Notes under the pieces: model-generated
Told to the model about the DNA's origin: nothing
Databases searched by the model: none
The model's input: only the letters and a program-made list of their open reading frames with translations
Shown here: one piece after another, positions 25,259-37,462 of the stretch
Numbering within the stretch: the stretch's first letter is position 1
How the letters are laid out: every line of letters begins with the position of its first letter
Assembly: GCA_009103225.1 (NCBI GenBank)
Contig: RHPI01001946.1
Location: 209,330-273,329 of the forward strand
DNA from: Chlorokybus atmophyticus
Lineage: Eukaryota > Plantae > Mesostigma and Chlorokybus algae
Direction of reading: 5' to 3'
Length of the DNA: 64,000 bases
Translations under genes and position numbers: made by a program

Positions 25259-25669
25259 ATGGCGCCCGCGTTGGTGCTGGCGCAAGGGGCATCGCAATTG
25301 CTGGCGCAGGGGGCGCAAGCTGCGGGGCTCGTTCTTGGCGTGATGATGGTGCGGGAGCAGCTCATGCCACAGGTAAGCAATCGTTTATTTCACTCGTTCG
25401 TACCATGCTCGCACCACTTGCTAGGGTTTCAACCAACCTTCTCTATTCCACACACGCAGCCTCCAAGGATGAGCAAGCGAGACAGCCATGTGCCGAGCTG
25501 CCCCAGGTGCAACGGGTCTGGTAGGGAAGAATGCTTCTGCAACCGATGGTCTGATGGCGACGTCGGCTGCAGCAGTTGTGTCGGTACCGGCATGACGGCC
25601 TGCCGATCTTGCGGTGGCAGCGGCACGGGCAGACCAATACCTGTCAAGTTGAGAGTTGACCGGAGGTAG
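25259..25669 (+). CDS. Small DnaJ-like cysteine-rich Zn-finger protein (At5g43260-like, no J domain)
   Basis: Exon 25259-25372 is a hydrophobic leader (MAPALVLAQGASQLLAQGAQAAGLVLGVMMVREQLMPQ). The exon from 25460 gives CPRCNGSGREECFCNRWSDGDVGCSSCVGTGMTACRSCGGSGTGRPIP, i.e. four CxxCxGxG-type motifs. The last codon may instead be spliced to ~25752-25755. Confidence 0.88.
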   Translation: MAPALVLAQGASQLLAQGAQAAGLVLGVMMVREQLMPQVSNRLFHSFVPCSHHLLGFQPTFSIPHTQPPRMSKRDSHVPSCPRCNGSGREECFCNRWSDGDVGCSSCVGTGMTACRSCGGSGTGRPIPVKLRVDRR

Positions 25670-26802
25670 GTATTTCACTTTTACTCTCCGTGTCTGTAGC
25701 TGTGTGTGTGGATGTGGAATGTTTGCTCAGTTGCTGTGTTTTGACTTGCAGGTGATTTTGCTTCAGTGGTGCCTCTTGTAAGTATAGCTAGTAAGTGTTG
25801 GTTACACGAGTTTGTTAGATTGAAGTGGATAGTACAGCATAGTGCGACAGATTTGATGGGTGGCTCTGTTGTGGACAGAGCCGTACAGTGCGTGGACTTC
25901 TGTATATATCTGAAGCGCATTGTACCCTGATTTCATGGTCGCATGCTGCTGCTTGGTGCATAGCGCAGGATGGGTTTCACGGCAGGTATGTGACACTTAC
26001 ATACCTGCTGCGCTTGCAGACGTTGTCACCAGTCCTGACACATGACACAATTATCAAGTCTTACAAGTCGTACATAGTAACAAGCTGATAGCCCTGTGCA
26101 AGCAAGAACAGTTGTGGATATTATGATAAGATGAGAGTACTACAGCAGCATGCTTCACAGATGTAATCGCTGCCTGCTTCGCTGCCAATACCTTCTGCTT
26201 AATAGTCTGAAGCCTAAGTTTGCGTCATTGTCTGCTCTGTTCCTCTCTTCATCTCAAAACATCACTTTTGCCTTGAATGACAAAATGATTGAAAATGCAG
26301 CCCCAACCTGTTTATGTACCTTGCGTGACATGGTTGCCTGGCAGCTAGCAAACCACTTTTGTAATTTTGCTTAGTTGTAAATGTGGGCAAAGGCCGTTTT
26401 ACAACAGTTAACTGCGTACAAATGCAAACAGACATACACTGTCTAACGTGTACTTTATGAGTGGCGTTGACCCAGATACACACCAGCAAGTTACTTGAGG
26501 CCAAGAGCCTGTGCGGGGTACATTGTTAGTCATTATGCCTTGATATTATGCAAATCATCTGCATCCCTCCAGTTCATACCAGAGCTTGCACAAGCCTTAA
26601 TGAATGGAGGAGCACAACCGTCAAGATGCTGGGTACAAAAGTACACATACTATTATAAGGTATCATACCACCTGCTGTAATGTATGACACAGGTCAACGG
26701 ACGGTAATCTCAAGCCAGCATGCTCCAGTATTGCTTACCACTCTGGCTTTGGCGTTGTCTTGTACCAAAAAGCAGGCATGTCGATCTCAAGTGCAGGTAT
26801 GC

Positions 26803-29800
26803 TTACGGTCTCTTCAGCAACTGGCTCTTAGCCACAACCCGCTCGACCGCATCCCTCTGGTGTGGCAAAAGCTCATTACCAGCGCCTGACACTAGCATAT
26901 ACTCGGGTAGGAATGGATCAGTCACTTCACCCCTGTACAAGCCATGGGTTAGAGGCATATGGACTATCACTTGTTAACATGAAACTGCAAGCCTGGCAAC
27001 CACACAGCAGTTGGAAGCCAGCATGCCTGTGGCCGCAGAGGGCTTCAATCGTTGCCAGGCCGCAGAATGGCACATATGAAGCAGAATAACCACCTGTTGA
27101 ATACCACACTCATGTGGGCAACTATCTGCGCACATAACACCAGATCTAAAGTGCAGTGCATATGTGCACATAAGTGGCTGACTGCTCACCTTCATGGCAA
27201 AGTACAAGCCTGCCTTGGCAATGTTTGTCCGCTGCTTGCACAACCAACTCTGCAATGCAAGAAACACTGCTGCATCAGTACCAATGCTGCATACTGTACC
27301 ATGGTACTCTGTTTTGAGTATGCACCAGACACAGCTTGTGTGCACACCTTATGAATATGTTTATAACGTTGCCATGTGCAAGCTGGCAACGCACCTGTCA
27401 TTTGGCGAAAAGTTTCTGATGTGCAAAGCATTCTGCCCAAAGGGTCCTGCACATGGTAAACAAGTTGCAATGCATCAGCGAGTGGATGATGTGTGCCAGT
27501 TCAGTGGGCTCACATTGATACCAGCGTCGAACCCACAGGAAACCAGTAACAATTGCGGCTCGAATGCCTCAAGCGCAGGAACAATTATCTCCCTAAACGC
27601 GTGTATGTACGCAGCGTGGCCGCTTCCGGCCGGCAGCGGCACGTTGATTGTGTATCCTAACATCAGCACACACTGTGAGACAGGCTGCCACGTGTACGTG
27701 GGTGTTGCCTTTGCAAACATAACGCACGGGGCATACGCACCGTGATTACACATGAGCGGTGCGTATGCCCCGTGTGCTTTGCGCGCACGCGTGAGCACAC
27801 ACACAACAACCAAATTTACATGCGTCCTAGTTCAGTCATTGCGTGTTGTGGGCTGTGTGACCAACCTTCACCAGCTCCGCTGCCAGTCTCCTCAACACCA
27901 CCTGACTCCATGGGATAATGTCTGTCCTGCACAATCCCGTTGAGCATGCGCGTGTGTGAAGGTATGACAACGTCAATCCCCAATCAGCAACCACCTGATG
28001 CAAAGAAATGAAGAGCGTCTGTTCATTGTCATAGAACGCTTGCTGGGTGCCATTGCCATGATGAACCTGAAATCCAGTATCAGAAGACAATACGGCAAGT
28101 CCACTCTTGCACACGACTGCGTTATCAATGCATAAGACGAATCCATTTACAATTCCTAGCAGCATGCTTACATCCCAGTCCACAATGGCTATCTTCTGCA
28201 CTCCTCGCGCCTGCCGAGCTGGCTTGCATACAGCACATTCAAGTAAGCAGGTTGCATTGTGCACGGTTTCATATAGAGAATGCCAGGCCCTTCTTACCAT
28301 GCAGTGCGGCTATGACGATGTTGTTGAGGAGACAGAAGCCTCTGCCGCGATATCTTTCTGCGTGATGACCAGGAGGCCGAACGAGTGCGTAACAGTTCTG
28401 CACAAATCCTGCGCGCAATGCCATGCTGTTCACACTGTGGACACGGCGTCCTTTGTGTCTGTCACTGTGCATATATCAACAGGGCGTACCTGCACATGTT
28501 TGCATAAAGTTGCATACACATATTGAGACGCACACACTATGCACATGCACGTGTACATAAGGGCAATCGTTGGGTGCGCTTATACTGCAATAGTATACTC
28601 TAGCACATACGCTTGCTAATTCACAACATGGACAGGAGCGACATGTTTATACGTGTGCGACTACTATGTGTACAAGCACACGTATATACACATTCAGCAC
28701 ATGATGAGTACAAATGTACTGCGTACATATGTATGTGTACATAAACGCACGGCATGGTGTGCATGCATGCATGGCGAACATGCACTCTTCATCACATGCA
28801 GCACAGCGCTCTCCACCGGAATCCATCAACCCTCCACCCAAAAATCATGCACTTGTCCACCCTCTCTCACCATCAAGAACTGCATCGACGGCGGCGATGC
28901 AACCCCCCGCAGCAAGTGCGGCAATATCAAACCCGCCCGGGCCAAACGGTGTTGCCTCTCCCGCGTTGCCACCAACGCTATCGCTCATCATCCGCAGCCG
29001 CTGAATGTAATCATCCGTGTGGAAGCGCAATATCTCCTCATCCTGCATACAAGCCATGGTTTGTATGGTGTTATGCTTGCCTCACTATGCAGCTGTGTCA
29101 CGTGCAACTCCCTTGTTGAGGTGACTTGTGCATCCGACACTTAAGACGCATATGTAAGACAACTACTAATGAGTGTTAATGTGCAATGCACTGATCTGCT
29201 GCGACTACTGCGAGTGTGTTGCGCAGACCATGTTCACAGATGAACTGTGTGTGACCGACAATGTGTATTATCAAAGCTGACTTGCTTTATGTGTCTTACA
29301 ACTCTAGTGAGTTCATTCTGGTGAAAGGCATACACACTCACATGTGTCACAGCGAGCGTGCATGTGCACTCTAAGAAGTGGAAATGTAGACAATTTGTAA
29401 CAAATGGCGGTAAATGTTTGTCAGATTCACCTCAAGAAGGTACTTGTCGTACCAGCGATTCCCTTTGCGTGAGTGTGCAAGTTACTCACATAATGAAACT
29501 CTGTGGAGTTTCAGACTCACTTCAAGAGTGTACTTGTCGTACAAACGACTCTCTTTGCGTGAGTGCGAATACTCACTTGTTGAAGCTATGGAGTACACAT
29601 CATGAGCCAGCTGTGCAAACAAAACAGGCAGTTGAGTGCTGGACACAACTCATCCACATCTTACGGTTGCTGGCCGGGGTCGAACGCTCTCAACAATGCC
29701 ATTGTCCAACATGCCAGCGACGTGCAAGAGCGAATGCAGCCTCCGCTTCGTCTCAGACGATTCAGCCCCAGGAAGCGGCTGCATGCATCGCGTCGCAGGC

Positions 29801-30527
29801 CAGCCATAGCCTCCACTGCCCAAACTGCAAGATAGAGAAGAGTGCAATATGTATGAGCTCATGCAAGTTGTGCAGTCAAAGTGAGCATTTGTGATAAGAC
29901 ACGCCACCAATCGAGTCAGTCGGTGTTCCTTGCACTGTGCTCGAGCTTAGCCATGGTTGTTTCCAATAACAATGGGTCTGTGGTTGTGGTTCATACACGC
30001 ACTGACTGGCTTGCATAAGCAGGTGCGGGGTACTGATTGGTTTTCCTTTGTACCTGTCAAAGAGACTACACTGCAGCAGCAAGCGGCACTATGTTGCTTA
30101 TAAGGCAGTGACAGAATCAGCAATGGCCAAGAAGAAGGCCCATAGAAGCCAAGAAACAAGGGTTGGCATGTTCTGTTGTTGCTTCTGTTCCTAGACATGC
30201 GACGTTTTTTGTGGTTTGCTGTCGTTTGCAGGTCATTGCTCATGCAGAGCATACATTGTCCAGGTAGTGAAAAGACAGTTAACCACCACCACAACAGCAA
30301 CCAATGCCCCCAGCTTGCCTGTCCTCATAGCCCATGCCAGTGTCGTGCCATATGTACAGCTCGTGCCACACGTAGCCCGTCACCGCTCTGTGCTTGCCAC
30401 CTCCCTCATGGCCCTGCCCCTCCTTGTCAGCCCCAGGCCCACTCCTAGCTGCCGCCGCCGCCGCCTTCATGCTGGTGCATGAGCTTGTGCAGGTTGACGT
30501 TAATGCCTGTGGCCTGGTAGGAGGCAT
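26803..30527 (-). CDS. Zn-dependent class II deacetylase of the bacterial HDAH/PA3774 type (multi-exon; start codon uncertain: 30470, 30527 or 30602)
   Basis: Spliced motifs: GYVWHELYIWHDTG, MQPLPGAESSETKRRLHSLL, DEEILRFHT, GPGGFDIAALAAGG, YALVRPPGHHA, GFCLLNN, IVDWDVHHGNGTQ, INVPLPAGSGHAAY, SCGFDA, QDPLGRM, GGYSASYVPFCGLATIEAL. Confidence 0.92.
29421..29596. repeat. Imperfect 90-bp tandem duplication within the long deacetylase intron
   Basis: TCAGA(T/C)TCAC...TACTTGTCGTAC...CTTTGCGTGAGTG starts at 29421 and again at 29511. Confidence 0.85.
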
Positions 30528-30600
30528 AGTAGCCTTGGGAGGCGGCGGCGGTCGGAGGAGGAGGGTGTGGTGGAGGCGCAGGTGGAGTTGGTGGAGGGGC

Positions 30601-33600
30601 ATGGCGTCGTCGTCGCCGGGCGCGGCGGGGTTGCTGGACGAGCACAGGGAGCTGTACGACGTGCTGAACGTCCCCGTCGACGCCACTCAGGCGGAGATTA
30701 AGCGGGCCTTCCGGACGCTTGCACAGGCGAGTGAGGCGTATGTGGCACACGCAGCGTGCTTGTGACAGCTGACGACGCCCATGCAAGCAGCTGCATTGAG
30801 GCTTGTTGACACCTGGCAGTGCATTCTAGTGGATTAGCATGCATTCACACATGCTCGGACTGTTAGCTAGGAATGAGCTTGGCAAGCATCATCGCTCGCC
30901 CCCAAGTTTCAGGGCATGCAACAATGGCTGGCAATGCATGCCTTGAAGAAACAGAATGCACTTGCTTAGAAGTGGTGCATACGTACATGCTAACACAGCT
31001 TGCGGGGGTGTAATGGCATCGCAAGCAAGCATGCGTGCATTCACATGCTTTGAAAATAACCTTATCAGCTGGCAAAAAGCAATTGCACTGCACAGCAGTT
31101 GCTTACATGCGTCGCTAGCTGTCAAGCCGCCTTGGTAGCTTGTTTTACGCACTACTGGCCTGGCGGAAGCCTGACCGAAGCAACACAAGTAGTTTTCAAT
31201 ATTCTGGATATGCTGAACACTGTTCAGCAACCAGCTTTGCAGCCTCGCCACGCTTGCATTGCAACCAACCTATCATTGGCGTAGCACAAACATGCTTTGA
31301 ACATTTTTCTGGACTCGAGGTGGTCGCTTCATGTGTTTGCTTGTAAAAGTATATGCACTGTCGTGTTTAAACGTATACAACTGATCACCCTTGGAGCATG
31401 GCCTGTAACATCACAAAAGCGTGGCATCTCAGAGTTGTTCAGTTCTGGATGCTTTCTTGAGATGCCTTGTCATAGTGTCACACAGCTGCTGGCAGCGTGA
31501 AGGCTGTAAAAGCACGTTGTAAGCAAAGCACCGAAGCCATTTTTCAAACAGTAACCGAAACACTGTTAGACAAACCGAGTAACATTGTTCGGGTATTGTT
31601 GGAACAGGAGGTGGTTGTAATTGTTCCAATAAACCCATTGTCATTGGTCCCTGTTCGGCCTCTTACTGATCAAGATCCATCTATCAGTAATAAACGTATT
31701 ATATCCTGCATGACAGGCTGTGCACCCAGACAAGCATAGAGACCCTGATGTGCGAGCCACTGCAACAACACAATTCAACCGGTTACGCGAAGCCTATGAG
31801 GTAACTTGCTTGATGCTACTCACTTGTGCCTTTCATTATGACCAACAAGAAGCTTCTTCCCATTGACTCACTGGTTTGTGCTCGTGCAATATCTAAGTTG
31901 TGTGCTCCTGTGCAGTCCATACCAGGATATTGAGTGTTGGGTTTGGCATACTGTATGTGTGTATTTACATGACATGCAACCCACAATCCAACACACAGGT
32001 TCTCAGCCACCCAGAGCTGCGCCACATTTACGACCACTATGGCGTCACGGGCATCAATGCTGGGCGCGAGCTCTCGCAGCCGCTCACAATGCTCGCAGAG
32101 GTCAAGCGCCAAGTTGAACGCATGCAGGTAGGCAACAGTAAACGTTTTATGTGTCTTGCTGTGTGGCTGCAGTCCTGTTCGCAAGAACACGTGCATTGGA
32201 ACACGGCATGCATGCGGTAAACCAAAACTGTACATATGTCGAGTTTTATACATGCAAGTCCATCACAACAAACAGATCCTCTAATCTTGCAAACATTACT
32301 GCGCGTGCAAGTGATTTGTGTGATCACACATTGTGTATCACGCGTGAGCTGTGCGAAGGGAAAAATCTCTAAACAACTGCATGCATGCAGGCGCAAGCAC
32401 AAAGGCAAGCGCTGGAGGCTCGGCTCGGTTACAACTCCACGGTACTGTTTGGCTTTAGCGCTGCGCATCTGCTCGACCGATACAGCCGCTACCCGCCAAA
32501 TACATCACCCTTCCCTGAACTGACACAGTGAGCCACATCTCATGCGCACACCTCCGCATAACACCCACTTAAACACTTGCTCTTGCATATAACTCACAGC
32601 TCATCACATCATGAACATTATACAGTCATGCACTCACGCACATGCATGCACCCAAACTTTTTCATATGGTTCATATATGCGTGAAAACGCTCATTTCAAG
32701 CTTGGACGCTGACTGGGATGCGAACAATTACCCACCTCACTTCTCTTCTCAGGACTGTCATCAATGTGGCAATGCACGCGCCCCTCTCCCAGAAGAACAC
32801 GTTGATATTCGGCGGCTCTGCAATGGTTCGACGAGGCCTCGGCGGTGGCGGCATGCTCGCGGGCTTCAGACGGCAGTGCTCGCCAGTCAGCTCCCTCGAA
32901 GTGTCTGCGCAACTTGGAACGCGCGCGATTATCCAACTATATGCCCGTAGGTGCGTGACGACGCCTTTCCTTTGCAGGATACTCAAGCCCAATCAAGCAC
33001 GTTACAGGACCGAGTGCATTATGTCTGAGTATGGAAAGCACGTTGTGGTGAAAGTTCATCTATACATGCATTTGATATAAATACACCATATTGCACAACG
33101 CCTTCTGGCACATGTCCGTGCACACATACACATGTTATGCACATGCATGGAAACACACGCACCTGTACACCTGCATGCATGCATACAACCTGTGGTGCCG
33201 GCAACAGTTACTAATATATTTTGGTGCAGGCAGTTGTCTGCACACAGCTCTGGCAGCATCATGTTTACTTTGAACCCGCGCGATCTGAGCAACGGCTTGA
33301 CGCTGAGCATAAACCGGCAGCTTACAAACCACACATTTGGCCAGGTGCGTGCATGACACAGTTGTCATCATACTGATCAACAACTTGTTTCGTCTTGAAA
33401 GCACTTACATGTGCCATTGCTCATGTGTCCTTTGCAGATGTCTTGGAGTTTGGGGATGGATCCCGGCATTGCAATGAATGTTTCAAGGAAAGGTGTTACC
33501 CGCGTCGTTGCGGGCGATTTGCGGGTACATCTTGTGGCTTTGTATTGTGTTCTGCTGAAGACACATCACGATGGGATGAAATCTACAGTTGCTTGGGTCA

Positions 33601-35154
33601 AACTCGTGGAAACTCTGTTGCAGATTGGTCTAACAAGCATGGGTGTTGGCGGATCATACACCCAACAGCTCTCACCAAAGTCGAGCACAAAGGTTTCAGC
33701 CAAAGTGGGCAGGTACAAATTACGTACGACTGTATTGTTCCACTAGCTAGCTTATCTATTGTGTTTGCTCATGGGTTTGTGCAATCAGCACTGGTGTAGA
33801 GATGGAGCTCGGCGCATCACATCAGCTGTCCGAGCACAGCAGCGGCGGCGTCGCACTTGTGATCGGTTTACAGGTAACATGTACTATGTCACTGCAAGTC
33901 AAGTGCTTGTGCACCACTGACACTCAGTTTGTCTGCAGGGAGTATCAATGCGGTTTCGTTACACTCGCATAGGGCAGAAGTTCATCATTCCCGTGCTGCT
34001 CTCCCCCGCACTCCACTGGCAGGTGGTGTTGGGTAGCCTTGTGGGACCTGTAACGCTGTTCGCCATTTTGAAGGTACGCAGTTTCGTGGTTGTCTGTTGC
34101 AATTTGTCAAGTGATAAACTGCTTGTCCTTATGACTGCGTATGTCTGCCAGACAGTTCATGGTAACATGCATGATGTAGACAAAACACACTTGCATTCAT
34201 GTGCGCGTGCGTGTCACAAAGGGCAGCATGCGCTCAACCTGCGACTGAATTGTGATCCCAATGTTATCGTGTCTTGCGTATGTGTAGAGGTTCTTCCTGG
34301 ATCCCATAGCCAAGGGGCGCCAGGACCGCAAGCAGCGTGAGGTCGCAGCGCGCGAAGCCGCAATGGTGAGGGATGCGCGCGAGACTGCGGCGGCAAATGC
34401 AGCTTTGCTGCGCCCTGCGGCTGCGCGGCAGACAGCTGCTGAAGAAGGTAAAGTGACGGATATTATACCTGCCATATTCACGCCTTCACTCATTTACTCA
34501 CTTTTGGTTCATAGAATGGTGCATTAAATGATGGGTCTTGTTGTGCATGTGGTCGATCACTCTCGTCTTATTTCACTACCTCACTGACCCATCATCTTGG
34601 CTTACTGAATCAGTCACTGATGTGGTTGGCAGCGTGCAATGGGCTTATCATTGTGGAGGCGGTGTACGGTGATCTGGTGTCAGACAGAGCTTCCGATGCA
34701 CACGAAGGGGAGGAGACGTTGCCGCGATGGATAGATGTAACGATCCCACTGCGCTTCAGGGTGCAGAACAGCAGACTGCAGGTATGGATGGTGTCACACC
34801 AAACTCGCCTGTGTGAAGTAAGCCTCTTGTTTGTGCAATGCCATTGAAGTGTGCTTAATGTGTGTTTCTGCGCAGCTTCATGAGTCTGTTCAAAAGCCTG
34901 GGATAATGGGCTTCTGCGATCCGAACCCGGGCGCTCCCAAGGCACTGCGCATCAAGTACCTTCACAGGGGCAGGTTGCACCAGGCAAGTGCACTTGTTAG
35001 ATCGCTCGTGTCAACATGTCTGTCGTCAATGTGTATGGAGTTCTGATGTGGTGAGTATTTGATGATTGTGCAGGTCACGGTTCCCGACGAGCAGGGCGTT
35101 TGGTTACCCAATGCAACGCATCGGCTGCCTGATGATGAACAGCCCCCAGGATGA
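30601..35154 (+). CDS. DNAJC11: DnaJ protein of the DNAJC11/ATJ13 family (J domain + C-terminal DUF3395)
   Basis: J domain LYDVLNVPVDATQAEIKRAFRTLAQ|AVHPDK...AYE|VLSHPELRHIYDHYG. C-terminal GLIIVEAVYG...IDVTIPL...GFCDPNPGAPKALRIKYLHRGRLHQ|VTVPD is typical of DUF3395. Confidence 0.92.
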
Positions 35155-35747
35155 ATAGGGAGCTAGGGGTGGCAGGGCCACTTGTAAGTTGATCTTATGT
35201 TGCACTTGTGTGCATACTTACGCGGTAGGGATAGACTCCATTCTTGATGCGAGGATTGCGCGTTGGGGTGTGCAGCCTGCATTACACAATACGGTTGATT
35301 GCAAACAATCTGCATCCGTTTGTTATCAACCCTTTAGCTCAGCTTGCACAAAACACATGTGCAGCAATTGCGGACATGCTGGCATGATAATTTCCAAGAA
35401 TGTATGTGGCCCAGCAAGAGTTGGGCCACACAAGCGAGGTAAACAAGTCAAGGCTGGTTGTGGCTAGCTTAATTGAAGCACTTGGGTTGACCTGGATGCC
35501 TAATGAGCTTTCTTGTCAAGGTCATGCGACATACACAGCTCAGCCCAATGTGAAACGAACCTGTGCAACTTACGGGTATTGCAACTACACATTCAGACTC
35601 AGCAGGCTGCTCACACTATATGCAGATCATTGCAATAGGTGTACACACCAATATGGATCACACAGCAACAACACATAGGTATACACATGTTTGCTTGCAT
35701 TTTGTTGTCGCGGCATTGCATACTTTGTACACCAACACGCCTAGGCA

Positions 35748-36802
35748 CTACCTCTTTGTTTTCCTATGGAACACCACTCCCTTAGTCTTGCTTTTGCCGC
35801 GCCCGCCTTTCTTCCCTGCCTGCCCCTTCTTCCCCTTGTTGTTTCCCTTCTTCTTACTTATGCCTCCCTTGGCTTTGAGACTCGAGCCAGCACGGCCCCT
35901 CGTGTCCCCACCAACATCCATCGGCTCAGCACCAGCCTGGGACACACATGCAGATGAAGCATGCAGTAAGATTGAGGTACTACGCACATGCACTAGGGGA
36001 ACCACAATGTTTGCATACTGACAAACAGATCCCCAAAAAACAAATGCGACTAACTGCTGACATTTGCATATGCACACGCTGCCTGCACGCGCCATGTGAA
36101 ACACGTAGAAGAACATATGTGTGCATACAAGTCTGCGTGTACACGCATAGATGCATACATGCTGCGGTGCGAGTCACGTGCGTACGCGCTCTTGCATATG
36201 TACGCGCACAGACGTACACAGGCATGCGCGGCCCAACACATACCCTGCTTGCGTGCGTTTGCGTGCACGCAAGCAGACAGAATGTGACTGTCTCTGTATG
36301 TGTATGCGGCATGTATCCCAACCATGTCAAACAAGGCACCTGCTCCTGAGTGGTGTCCATGAAGGGCTCGTCCTGCTGATTCACGACCGGTACAGCCTCT
36401 GCCGCTGCGGCCTTTGCGAGCGCGGACTGAATGGCAGTCTCCCGAGCTGCATAACGACCACACGTAATGCATCAAACTAAGCGGCTTCTTGATATCAGCA
36501 GGATGAACCTAAGAGGGCGCAGAAAACACGTTCTTGCTCCCATGACGTAAAGAGTGCAAATGCCAGTCGCCTCTGTACAGACTGGTCAACTCACTTCATA
36601 CGAATGCATGCACACCACAACACAAACACGACACCTGCTGCTCAAAATGTACGCATGTGCGATACACAAAGACCACAGGTGACAGCCATATATGTTCAGT
36701 ACTCTGACCCCACTTGCCTTTGACTAGCTCGCTGTTGGCCACAATCTCCCTTGCCTGCGTGCGCAATCGCTTCTCCCGCTTGGACCTTATCCCCTTGCCC
36801 AT
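35748..36802 (-). CDS. LLPH: Small basic LLP-homolog-like (LLPH/DUF2462-type) protein, 3 exons
   Basis: Begins MGKGIRSKREKRLRTQAREIV (compare LLPH MAKSLRSKWKRKMR). Middle exon ARETAIQSALAKAAAAEA..., and a Lys/Gly-rich tail KAKGGISKKKGNNKGKKGQAGKKGGRGKSKTKGVVFHRKTKR*. Confidence 0.62.
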
Positions 36803-37462
36803 GGTTGTGTATAGTGTTCCGCTTGTAGTTGATTCTGTTGGGCAATCTCTTGTGTCTTGTTACAACAGAAAACGCTGGCTTCTTGCTCGGCCGCAAGTCA
36901 AGCTGTTAAAGCACGCAACGAGTTGGGCGTTAAACGAGCGACACAATGCTGAAAGAGACTAGACTAGACATAAACAGTAAAGAAGTATGCTTGCGTTTAT
37001 ATGTGCGCGCAGACACGAGCGCGAAAAAAGAACTTTATCGACCAACATAAGGACATAGACGTCAACACCCTACACAAGCAAACAGCACACGCTCAGGTTC
37101 TATTATCACATGTAGACATTGTAGACAAAGGCTTCGCAGTGCTTGGCATGCGTGCTTGTGCTGCGCTGGCCATTAAGCAACAAAGCCGACCTAAGACGAG
37201 CGTGAGTTCAATAAGCAGAAGCTTACCAAGACTATAGAAACAAGGCGCAACCTCTCTGCCCAGCAATCTACCTTGCAGAATACCCGCATGCACCACCACC
37301 GCCGCCGCCGCCGCCGCCCGACAAGCCCTAATTGACTTAATTGGGCCTGGTAAATACCAGTCCCTTAACGCTGTGCATGATTCCTAATCACCCTAATAAT
37401 GGACAGGCTAACCTCAACTCTGCGTGGCGGTGGCGGTGGCGGTGGCGGCGACATCCGTAGCC

